Below, one piece after another: positions 52,766 through 64,000 of a stretch of 64,000 bases of DNA. The notes under the pieces are model-generated. The model worked only from the letters and a program-made list of their open reading frames with translations, had not been told where the DNA came from and made no database searches. The stretch is from the NCBI RefSeq assembly GCF_964204865.1, contig NC_135252.1:13020001-13084000 (forward strand). Direction: 5' to 3'. Source of the DNA: Styela clava. Its lineage: Eukaryota. The translations under genes and the position numbers were made by a program. Every line of letters begins with the position of its first letter. Position 1 is the stretch's first letter.

Positions 52766-54745
52766 CAAGAGAGCTATGTTCAAATATGTGGACACGTAGG
52801 GCAAAACTAAATATTTTATCATCAATTCCTCAAAATTCATATGCGGTAACTTATCAGTAGCCGTATCGGAAGCCTAACAACTCGGCTACACCACACGGAC
52901 AAATCTCAGAGGGTACAAATCTACACAGGGTACCGGTGACGGTACTACAGGTACTGTCGTTGCTTTTCAAATCCTGTGACGATGATCCAGTCTTTGTGAT
53001 TCAGTTTCAACATGAATTCTAATATTAACTGGTCCAAGTCACTTCCGTATTACCAGATCAGTCCAACGTTCCCCGTGAAAAAACTTCCCAATTTATAACC
53101 ACCAAATCCACCGACGTTCGCTGTGTGCCAGGTCGGCTGATATGCCTTTGCGAAACCGCTACAATGTGGCAAATTTTGGTGACGTCATAGAACAAAAAAA
53201 AAAACGAATCCCATGAAGCTCACAGAAATATTTGAAATGAATAAAAGTAATAGCCTCCTAGAAAAAAATTCAATCTCTAACCATTGAAAATTTCAAAGCA
53301 ATGGGTCTAGTAATCAAAGAAAAAAGCGACTTTTTCATAACAATAAAATTCTATGTCAAAGAACAAGAACAACAACATAATATTAACAAGAGAGCTATGC
53401 TCAAATATAGGGACACGTGGCGTCCCCTAATTTTGATGACAACATAGCAAAAAATAGAAGTAATAGCCTTCTGGAAAAAAATTCCATCTTTAACCACTGA
53501 AAATTTCAAAGCAATTGGTCCAGTGATCAAAGAGAATAGCGATTTCTTCAAAACGATACAAAGAACAAGAACACTAAGAACAAGAACAACAAAACGATCG
53601 CTATGTTCACTACGTGTCCAACAAGAGAGCTTTGCTTAAATATATGAACACTTTTGAAATAAATAAAAGTGATAGCCTTCTAAAGAAAAAATGTTATCTT
53701 CAACCACTGAATTTCAGAGCAATTGGTGCATTAATCAAAGAGAAAAGCGACTTTTCTAAAAACGTATCAAAGAACAAGAACAAGAGTGCCAGCATAAAAT
53801 GTAAAATGATCGTTATGTCCACTGATGTATCCAACAAGAGAGCAATGCTCAAATATATGGACACGTAGAACAATTCCCCAAAAATCATATGCGGTACCGT
53901 AACTTACCAGTACCTGTATCGGGGTACCGTGATGGTACAAGGACCGAGCGTTTTAGGTCCTGTGACAATGATCTATTCTTTCTGATTATGTTTAAACATC
54001 AATTGAAATATTATGTGATCTGAGTCATTTATGTATTACCGGATCAGGTACCGCAGTCAAACATTTCCCGTAAAAAACATTCCAAAATTATATGCGTTAA
54101 ATTAACTTAACAGCAACTGAATCGGGGTACCGGGACAAATAACTGTATAGGAACTGTCATAGCTTTTCCATGTCCTGTGGCAATGACCTATTCTTCTCCA
54201 TTATCAGGGGGAAATGAAAAAATATATCGATTCCCCAATAATCATATGCGGTACGATAACTTAACAGTACCGGTGCCTGTTGAGCCAGACAATCCTCGTT
54301 TGTGAGACAAATAGACCGGTACACGGATTTTCCAGAGTATGTGACGATTCCGTTTAAACGTGAATTGAAATACCAACTGATCCAATTTACTACGGTAATA
54401 TAAAAACCAATACCACAGTCTACAAATATACTGACACCAAGCGAAGCAGTACTGCTGTAGTTTACCTTATCTTCAAAAAGTTTTCAGTAAAAAGAATTCA
54501 CTGCAAAATCAGCCGTCACGCTTGGCGGATTAAAAACCGTGTTACTAAAATTAAAAAGGTATACAGCGGAATCTTGGATGAAATATCAGATTTCATAGAA
54601 TTCATACAAAATTTAAATAGAAGTAATAGCCTTTTAGAGATAAATTTCATCTTAAACCACTGAAAATTCTAATTCTGTGTCAAAGAACAACAACATAATA
54701 ATAATAATAACAACAAAACAATCCATAGATCCACTACGTGTCCAA
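52766..54745 (+). mobile_element. Tandem array of at least 4 Helentron/HINE-like non-autonomous elements
   Basis: Unit starts CAAGAGAGC(T/A)(A/T)TG.T.AAATAT.TGGACAC at 52766, 53387, 53622 and 53835. Unit ends CCACTACGTGTCCAA, the inverted complement of the 5' subterminal GGACACGTAG, directly abutting the next start. AAC/AAGAAC microsatellite near the 3' ends. Confidence 0.7.
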
Positions 54746-56576
54746 TAAAATAAATTGAAATTATGAAATTTAGGATATCAAATCTCGTTTCATAGTCGAA
54801 TCCCCCTAATTAAGACTTGTCGTTTCAGTCTCGCGGTGCCCGGCGAGCGAACAAGTCACATGCCTCCAAACAAGTTGTCGAAGAATGTTACCTTTTGATC
54901 ATTAGAATCGCCCACATAGCTACTATTGGTTGCCATTTTCATTAAATAGTGATCAAAACATGTAATATAATCAAACACTTGAGTTACGAGCTAAGTAAGA
55001 CCAAAAAATGCAATTTTTTTTAATAATATCAGACTTTGGAGACTATGGTTTTAATAATTGCTACTTGCACTCCATAGTTATCGACTGTCGTAATTATGAT
55101 TGGCACACATCGGCACAAACACAATGTTTTGAAAATAATTGTATTTTTGCAGAATATTTTGCACAACAACGGTGACTTACTGCTTCCTATTATTAGAAAA
55201 CGTGCCAACTTCCCAACCGAATCACACTCGTCTGATATTGATAAAAACATCTCATGTAATTCTTGGAGATCTATTGAAATAATCTCGGGTAAACTTATAA
55301 ATAGCGTTGTTGCTTAGGGCATCAGGCAACAGCATTGATAACTTAACGAGAACTTTTTAAAGGTATATCACCAATGTAATGAGACACGATGCAAATTAAC
55401 ATAAATAATCAAAATATAGCTTTGGTAACAGTAAACTGAATTGGCAACCCAAAATTTGAATAAGCTAAATCAACGAGTTTAGAGATTGCAGGGTATTGCT
55501 CGTGATCCCAAGAGACCAAGGCAATCGTCATTTTATTCTGCATTCATGTATGAGTGATCGTGCGCGAATTCACGAATAAAGAAGGGTCATCTGCCTATAG
55601 GCACAAGTGATCACAAAAACGCAGGTTCGGGCATTTAAAATAACATTTTAAACAATCGAATTCATTATCCTTCAAAATGCAATAACGCTTATTATGTTTT
55701 TGAACGATTTCCCTTTTGTCCTCGGGATATGTGTGTCGTAATAGATTGTAAACAACATCGGATATTGTCGCAATTCTGTTTGATCTTGTCAAACAAGTAA
55801 GAAGAAGTGTGCAATATCTACGTAATTACTTACGTTACCTGTTTTCCGATGCCAAACTTCCGGTAATACTACTTTTAAGTGAAAGTAGGGAGGTATTATT
55901 AAGTGTAGATACAAGTGATTAAGATCTCAATAAACAAGTTTTATGAGTAAGCGAAATGGAAAACAATTATTGGGCCACGTTTATTGGTCGCAAGTGTTGT
56001 GTTTTACGAGGTTACAATAATTACCGATCAGTTATATAAGAGAACAGGATACGGCAGCAAACAAGTCAATTCGGTCGCCAATGCAGTATTTTAATTTCCT
56101 GTCACCGGGGCTCGATGTATTGGCTGGAAACAAATATAGGTATTATAAGAGATTGAAAAAAATAGAGAAATAATAGAACTTATAGTAGGGAGCGCGTTAT
56201 ATTAAACGTTATGTTTGACCTTTTTTAATTCCATTAGGATCTCTATCTAACAATTTCACTTTTGATTTACTTTCAAGTTGTAACTGGCAACTTTTATTTT
56301 CACAAATTACAATGAAGATAAACTTCATAACTTCCAGGTGGAATACATGATGCTTCGTATACATTAAATATTTGATTGACTTGGTTTATTTGCCATTTTT
56401 TTGCGTCCTAAAAACTGCGATACTTTCAAGTTATACAAGAAAAATATTGTTTTCGTATTTTTATGTTGATGTACATGCTCAAATAATACCTGAATAAGTA
56501 TAACTTAATACATTTGTTTAAAATTACCAAATAGAATTCCATAGTTTTAATCAGTAGAATTGACGTACTCTGAGCA

Positions 56577-57771
56577 ATGAAGGTTGTTATCTTTTTCGTG
56601 GCATTATTTGTTTTTGCATATGCACAAGGTGAGTCTACTTTTTTCCTAACTTCTATTCGTGACTAGAACTAGTTGGACAAAATATTTAATGAGAGGTGTT
56701 TGAGTATAGATTAAATCTTGTTTGCCCTTCATGAATGCAAAAAAAGTATTCTGAAGAGATTCATTTTTGACTAAAAAATTAGTTCAAACTATTTAATGTA
56801 TATTGAAAAAGCATGTCATTCGCGATGTAATCATTATAACGTTTACTTTGTAACAGAGGATGCAGAAGAAGTTGATGAAGTTCAACAAACACCCAGATGT
56901 AACAGTGGTGACACCTTCTTCAATGGAACATTGACAACCAACGAAAAACCTACAAACTGCTCGGCCGCACACGTAAGTAAAAAGACACCACTGAAATGCT
57001 TACTGGTATAGACTGTTGTTGTAATTTAAATAGAACGCTATATCTTCAGAGGGGAGTAATCTTTAAAAAAAAAACAGTCTTTTTAAAATATAACATTCTT
57101 TTTGGAGTAATTGGATTATTCTAAAATCAACCATTTCTGATTAAACATTATTAATTATAAATTCTCATTTTTAGTCAACTTGTCAAACCAAATTGGAAGT
57201 AGGTCCAGATTCTTACAGAATCTATAGGCAATGCCAGAGTGCAGAAGCTTGCGAAAATAATCAGAAAAGCAACCCACAACAATGCTATTCGGAAGAAGCA
57301 GAAGAAAAACAGGTGAGAAATTCAAACTTAGTAATTAAAAGAGCCAAATCTCTATCTTTGTTTCTATATGAGGCTTTTTCATATCATCAATTTAGACAGT
57401 TGAGATCTAATATTTTGGAATAATTGGAATCTCACATGACCGGAGTTTTTTACTCAATTTATTTCCCTTCCTCCGAAAAATAGTAGACATAAGAACTTCC
57501 CATGTTTTTAAACGTGCTCGTCAAATTCCGATAGTTTTTTACATTTTCTGTCTATTTTAAATTACTTTTATATGATGCGCTTTAAACACTATTTCGTTAT
57601 CAAATAATAACATGTAAAAACGCTGTTTCAATCTTTCAAACAACAACGTTACAGGAAAAGGTTTGTCATTTTTGCTGCCGAGGAGATTTTTGTAACGATG
57701 GGAGTGAAATTGATGTTGTGTTGCCAGTATCAGACGATTTTGCTGACGAAGACGTAGATGAAGAAGTTTAG
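56577..57771 (+). CDS. Secreted acidic three-finger-like Cys-rich protein, paralog C, 140 aa; exons 56577-56628, 56857-56972, 57175-57312, 57655-57771
   Basis: MKVVIFFVALFVFAYAQ-EDAEEVDEVQQTPRC..STCQTKLEVGPDSYRIYRQCQSAEACENNQKSNPQQCYS..EKVCHFCCRGDFCN followed by acidic tail DDFADEDVDEEV. Same 10 Cys and intron phases. Confidence 0.9.
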
Positions 57772-57999
57772 TTAACGAAATGCCTGGCGTTCTTGATTTT
57801 TGTATTAGTTGTGGTGATTAGTGTTTAAATTTTGATTGTGTTAAAATATATTTGGACAAAAAAAAAATTTAATCATTGATGCATATTTATGACTATTCAT
57901 ATACGATGATATAGGTATATCTGAGGTAACTTTGTGTGTCTACATGTGAAGGAAATTGATTGACTTAAAGTAAATACGACATTTGTATAATATATAGAC

Positions 58000-58542
58000 C
58001 AGGGGTGGGCGCAATTTTTTAGTATAAGAGCCGCATGCTGCAAGTCAGAACTTTGAAAGAGCCGCAGAATTTGTGAATTTATTAATATTATCGAAATACT
58101 ATGAACAGAAAAGAAATTCACACAAGAGTCTAATAAGTTAATAACAATAAATAGATAAAAAAGGCAACTCTGACAACTCGGTTTTCATCTTCGTACTTTC
58201 GTTTTTTTTAATTTTGGACACATCGCACAGTAACTTATTAGACTAACTAACCGCAATCAAGCTGCAATACCGCCGACGCATCAATAAACATTGACCATTG
58301 TGACGAACGATTTGCTGACTCGACTGACTTAAATTCAACGCTACAGCGATTTTCATACTAAAACATAATTTGTCCTAATTATTGACGAAAACTTCTTTAC
58401 GGCTTTTAATAAATTAAAAGAGTTTCCATTAAAGTTTTTCTCTTAGTTAAAATTTGGATATTAATTTATGTTAGCGAGAAGAGCCGCACAAAAAGTCTGG
58501 CGAGCCGCATGCGGCTCGCGAGCCGCGGTGTGCCCACCCCTG
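58000..58542. mobile_element. hAT (Charlie-type) MITE, 543 bp
   Basis: TIR CAGGGGTGGGC / GCCCACCCCTG; perfect 8-bp TSD ATATAGAC; repeated GAGCCGC motifs. Confidence 0.92.
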
Positions 58543-58684
58543 ATATAGACCAATGATTTTCAACCGACGTTCGGTGGCACACTAGATTTCCGCCAATACA
58601 GCCCAGTGATTTCGCAAGTATCCATTCAAATCTGAGAATCTACATTGACTTATTTATATTGTTATAATCAAATATGATATAATG

Positions 58685-59183
58685 CAGGGGTGACCAACTT
58701 ACCTGCCACCACGATCGACTAAAATTGTCAAAATATCTCGCGATCGACTGATCGATAAGGTCACGCACAAAAGTAAATGAGTATTGAATATGCAGATACC
58801 TGCACACACGTATTCAGAAATTTGCTGCCGCTGCCAATAAGCCTGGTACTTTTGGCGCATTCCTAATGAAACTGCCATCATTTTTTTTATTTTTCATGTT
58901 CCATCTAATTTGGTAATTTGATTATATAATTGTACCCCTTGTGAATGCTTCATCATTTATTTAGAATTTATTCAAATAATACAATTCTGATTCAAGACCT
59001 GCTCAATTTTTAGACGTAAGTGTTGGAAATTCGTCAAAAAACCTTGCATAAAACTGGTTCAGGGCAATTTTTTGAGGGATGTTATCACATTTTCTCAGCA
59101 TCAGACGCGATGTATATTCGATATCGTATACTCGAGACGCGGCGATCGACTGGTCGATTGCGATCGACGTGTTGGCTACCCTG
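58685..59183. mobile_element. Degenerate hAT-type MITE
   Basis: Ends CAGGGGTGACCAAC / GTTGGCTACCCTG with repeated CGATCGAC subterminal motifs at both ends. TSD not preserved. Preceded by a truncated CAATGATTTTCAACC-type end at 58551. Confidence 0.6.
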
Positions 59184-60538
59184 TTGTCTCGTGTCAGTAA
59201 GTTAGCAAAACTGAGTTTATAAACTTATAATAATTTTTAATGTCACACAATTTTAAGCCATACATAGAGTAAGGTGGATAACACAATGTAATCCAGTATA
59301 TTTCCAAAGTCTGTGTTATCACACTCGCCTCTGATTACACCCATATGAAATTTGTTTTATGGCTTGGAGGCATGTAAACAACATACGTTGGTTTGCGGAT
59401 AATAACGTCACCAACAAACTAGTCTGACCTAGCTAACCTCTGTTAACAACTAGTTTATTCTGAGAATCATGCACTGTTTCCGACACGCAAATTTTTCTGG
59501 GCAAGATTATTTTTTGATAAAGCATTAATATTAATATTATATTAAACTTTTTTGACAGTATGAATATTATGATAAACTTCAAACCAATCAGCCCATCACG
59601 TGTTTGTTTTTAGGTAATCAGGATTTGAGTCATGGATGGGGCCCGTTCAAGATTGTAAGCTTCTTCAATAAGGTGTTTTTCTGTGTAAATTGGTGATACA
59701 CATATTATGGTACACCTGGTACACATATGATGTTCAGGTTGTGCGCCATCTTGATGCACATACTTCGGGAGGTTCATTTTATCTGAACTGAAACTTTCAG
59801 ATAAATCTTGAATTATTATATTTTAAAATTGATGTTACTCCTAGATGATTGTAAAAAAATAAATAAATTGTCACTCGAAATTGAATAATCAGCTCAAAAC
59901 TACTAAGATTTTTAATATATCAATACAAAAACTTAAATCTATCAACGTTTTGGTACACGGATATTTTTCAATGACTGTTTTATTTTCTTGTTCACGAGAA
60001 TAAGGAATTGGGGAACTATAAAGTAGGAATTTCTTTTTTAATGGGATTTTGGCAACATATGAGGAATGAGGAACCACAATCTTGATATGTCTCAGAGGTA
60101 TACCAACCATGTCCTTCAATATGAACTTAGACTGAATATTACCATTACAAATATTTAGCGTATTTTAATCAATTTCAGCAAAACATTACAGAGAATATTT
60201 TGGCGGCTTCTATTTTCTTTTTGCAAAGCAACGTTTTTCTGTGACATTCATCAATGGTTGCAAGCATCCTGTTGTTATATGTTCATTATAAAAGATATAT
60301 AATTACAATGCATATATCAGCGCCTGCTGTCAAATTAATGATGAAATGTCAATTTACATACGACTGAACAAATGCAGGAACGTGCCAAAAATACTTTACG
60401 TTTAATAGCTATTGAATGTTTGATCAATGAGAATATGACTATAATGCTGCCATGGTAGATGATTACAGCGGAAATATACGAATTTTGAAATGAAAGGCAG
60501 TAAGAAAAAAATTGAATATTTTATTTTATATCATTCAA

Positions 60539-60830
60539 CAAGAGAGTGATGATCAAATATATATATACACGAAGGCGAAAACGATGTAGTACGGATACGA
60601 AACCTGTCACAGTAGATTATACCGGTATCGCAGTCTTCAATACTTCGCCTGACCGCGAACGTGGAAACGCCACAAGGTGCGCAATTTTTTCATTTTGATG
60701 ACGCTATCGCACACAAAATAACGCGGTGAAACATTTTTAACACCAGCAAAATTCTGGTAAAACGAAGGACGCCACATTAATAGTAACAACATTTTATCAA
60801 AAAAATTCATAAGTTTGCTTCGTGTTTAAA
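60539..60830 (+). mobile_element. Diverged copy of the Helentron/HINE-like repeat
   Basis: Starts CAAGAGAGTGATGATCAAATATATATACACG; internal GTGCGCAATTTTTT..GATGACGC matches the 35.2-kb copy. Confidence 0.5.
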
Positions 60831-61096
60831 AACACGATTCGGGATGGCTGGATAATTTTATTATGCTAGCATGGTAGATTCAATCTGGTCATTCTATTAC
60901 CGGGATCCAGCACACATGTTTCTCAATAATTTATTTAGTGAATCTGAATACTGGCTCTACCATACTATATATATTTTAGACGCTTAATTTTGTACAAACA
61001 AACTGCCGGAGTTAAATATATTGTTTGAAGTTTATAGTTGATTGCGTTTTCTACATTAATAATTTTACACTACATTTTCTCTATTCAAATTGGAAG

Positions 61097-61168
61097 GAAA
61101 AAGTTTGTCATTTCTGCCGTCAAAATGATTTATGTAACAACGAAAGTGAAATTGATATTTTATATTGA
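61097..61168 (+). pseudogene. Orphan last exon of the acidic three-finger-like family (paralog D remnant)
   Basis: EKVCHFCRQNDLCNNESEIDILY* aligns with paralog C exon 4 (EKVCHFCCRGDFCNDGSEIDVV). CC has become CR, the acceptor is weak, and no matching exons 2-3 were found upstream. Confidence 0.7.
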
Positions 61169-63093
61169 TAGATTTAGCGACCAAATATATAAGGGGGGTA
61201 GAACAAATATTGAAAACAAGGTATTTATTATTTGAATCGCATAAGACTTGTAGAAATGAAATTTTATAATTCACTGCTGAATAATTTTTGAATTTTTCTA
61301 ACAATCCGGTATTTATGTGACATATTTTATTAGAATATATGATTAGAGCAATCCCATAACAATGCATGAATCATACTTTTATTACTCTAACTAGCAATGA
61401 AGTTGTTTTTTCTTGTAAATAGAGGTTACAATTTTATCAAAAAGTAAAGTAAATGAAGAGTAAAAGCGTGGTGGATTCAAATCCACCAAAAAAAGGAATT
61501 GTATAGATTTTTTCTGTGAACATCTAAGTCAATCTTAGTTGAACGCTTACATGTCATAAAAAATTACCTGTTATGAATAACTCTAACTAAAACCAATCAA
61601 TTAGAGATAAAAATAACTCGATCATAGGTAGAATGAGATCAACAGCTATAGGGAAATCAAATATATAACAAACCTCCATCATATATTGGACAGAATATTG
61701 TTGTTCAATGCCATATTTTTATCTCCATTTTGTCATGAAAAAAGGCCTTATAAACAAAAAAATTGGCGATTTTATTAAAATAGTTCGTGAATATGTGGAG
61801 ATCGGAACGGAATATATTCGTTTTATCTCTGCTAGATATGATTTTGGGTAGATTTTTTCAATTGTACAATTTTCCTAGCAATAAATTTTGCTGTGCCCAT
61901 ATAAAACCATTAAAACGGGTAGTTTTAAAGTAAAAATATAAAAAATCATAATTTATATTCTTTCGAAATGATTGATTTGGTTGTTTCTAAAACATTGAAA
62001 GCTTCTATGTTAGTGGAAATGCATACAATGCGTTTCTAGAACAAATAACGCCTTTTTTTAAATTTTAACTTCAAAATTAATTAATTTAATCTTGTAGTAA
62101 ACAGGTAAAGAAAAAATTGTTGTATCCAAAGTATTTCTTATCCTAACACAGCAACGTGAGATATCATATGAAAATTATCTTTAAAAATAGGTAACGGTAA
62201 CCTATGTCGAAATGTATGACCTATCACAAACAATTGCATATTGATAACACAGTATGAATTCAATACTGGTTAACAGCAAATGTTTTCCCTGACATTTCTT
62301 CATTAGACATTTACTTCACACCATTTACTTATTAAAGTCGAAGATGTTTTTCTATTATATTGAAATATATTTTATATGAGACACCGAATGACCAAACTAT
62401 CGAATATATCATTTGCTTTTTATTTAAAATTTGATACTTGGTTTACCGCATTTTATGAGAAATAGCGACACACGTTATTACATAACACATTTTAATCAGC
62501 ATGAGCAATATATTCTTCTCATAAATTGACAAACTGAAATTAATAGAAGAAATTATCAAACAAACATATACCACAATGTAACACTTTCGTAAATGTCGAC
62601 TTGCACGTCATCTCAATGCGTAATTAATCTATCATTATTGTAAAGATTAGAAAAACCAAAGTTTATTAAACAGACATGTATTAGTACGTCTGAGCATGAC
62701 TCACTGGTTTCAATTTAGCCTGAATACTAACACGAAAACTGTGAGAAATATTGATCAAAATATGACGCGATTTCAAAGTAATCTAAGAATAATTTACTTT
62801 AAATATATAAAAACTAGTAAGCTTAGTTTTATAAATACTACTCAATATGAATATTATCTTGAAATTTTGTGCGTTTGCACGCTTAACGAAACATACTCAT
62901 CACGGATATGTATTGTATATTTTTCCTCGTCTTGTTACGCTATTTACTTTCGTTTTCTCTAATTACCCGTTCGCAGGTTTGACGCTATTTTTTTGTGTAT
63001 TCAGCATAATATCTGTTTTGAAATTTCTTTTCAAGTTATATATAGGAAACAATATTGTCAGATATAACTTGTTCAGCCAGAAGAAGAAACACA

Positions 63094-64000
63094 ATGTACG
63101 TCAAACTACTTTTTACTGCGTGTTTAGCGATTTGCATTGAGAAAGTTGTTCTTCAAGGTAAGTTGTTTATTTGTATACTCATTATAACTGATGATTCTTT
63201 CAAGCTGTTAATTAATAGGGTACATGTGACATAGGTGATCACCATCACTAAACGACATCTTAATAAAGCATGTAACAAACATGTTTACGTATCTGAATAC
63301 CTTCATGTGTGGTAGTCAAAGGATGTTAACTATGATTGTTTTAAATAGAATTGCTTAAAGCGTGATCGCGCGTACCCAGTCAGAAATGAAAAAGCCTCAT
63401 CTCCAAGCAAAGTTACGAATACTATAATAAATATTATAGCATAAAAATACGAATTATTAAATACCAAATACCGGAAAGCTTAGGTTAATACGATCCGAAA
63501 AGCTATGACGTGTATTCCACATAACTGAGGTTCTTGGTGAAACGCTTTGGGCATAAATTTTTGAGTGAAATAGGTACACTGCAGCAAACGGATGGAAGTT
63601 TACTGACAATTGGCTGGAAACTTTACTTGGAGAGACAAGCTCCGAAATTTATTTTATCCAAAGTATTTCTCAGTTCAGAATATTACAGTTCATTATAATA
63701 TATGTAGAATTTTGTACTCATTTTGTCACGAATCGGCACTAATTTTACACTGGTGATTGACTCTTTTTACAAGCATGACGTCCATACGTAACTCCATGTT
63801 ATTTTGGATTCTGAGTAAAGGCTGCTTTTATTAAAATCATATTTCAAATATCCAGGTTTTAACGATGGCTTCGATGATTTCAGTGATTTATTTGACGATA
63901 TACCAGCAACAGTTCTTCCAACACCCACTAAAGATCCAGAATGTTATATCGGTAGAACATTTTTTAATGGAACTCATATTACATTGAACAATCAAACGAG
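63094..64000 (+). CDS. Secreted acidic three-finger-like protein, paralog E (5' part; runs off the window); exons 63094-63157 and 63856->64000
   Basis: Signal-like exon MYVKLLFTACLAICIEKVVLQ with a phase-1 GTAAGT donor. Exon 2 GFNDGFDDFSDLFDDIPATVLPTPTKDPECYIGRTFFNGTH.. matches paralog C (C.SGDTFFNGT) and A (PTP..CYVG). Confidence 0.8.

Noticed and set aside
55029-55792. Short ORFs with Cys/His residues upstream of paralog C
   Set aside because: No coherent splice model or family motif, and the Cys spacing does not match the cluster domain.
59613-59655. Exon-like segment (NQDLSHGWGPFKI) with AG/GTAAGC borders as a possible exon 2 of paralog D
   Set aside because: No Cys, not acidic and no similarity to family exon 2.
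61470-61489. Hairpin TGGTGGAT-TCAA-ATCCACCA resembling a tRNA T-arm/CCA end
   Set aside because: No D-arm, anticodon arm or acceptor pairing upstream; at most a repeat-end hairpin.

Overview
AT-rich, intron-containing eukaryotic genomic DNA, almost certainly from an ascidian (tunicate). The muscle actin N-terminus [18 protein letters not shown] suggests a stolidobranch such as Styela; that is recall-based inference. I spliced the gene models by hand, and all exon phases are consistent. Left to right: VHL (-, 2 exons); an OATP/SLCO transporter (+, 12 exons) tail-to-tail with an SLC22 transporter (-, 12 exons); a larval-type muscle actin (+) with a CArG/E-box/TATA promoter; a short-collagen collectin-like C-type lectin (-); and an orphan type I membrane protein with a divergent CUB-like ectodomain and a YEEI tail (-). 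From 43.7 kb to the window end lies a divergently arranged cluster of small secreted proteins: three complete genes, one truncated by the window edge, and one orphan exon. Each has a signal peptide, a very acidic low-complexity segment and a 10-Cys three-finger-like domain ending VCHFCCx4CN, with no GPI signal. This cluster is the best candidate for an undescribed system. Non-coding DNA carries many non-autonomous hAT elements (six with recognisable 8-bp TSDs) and a Helentron/HINE-like repeat family, including a tandem array.
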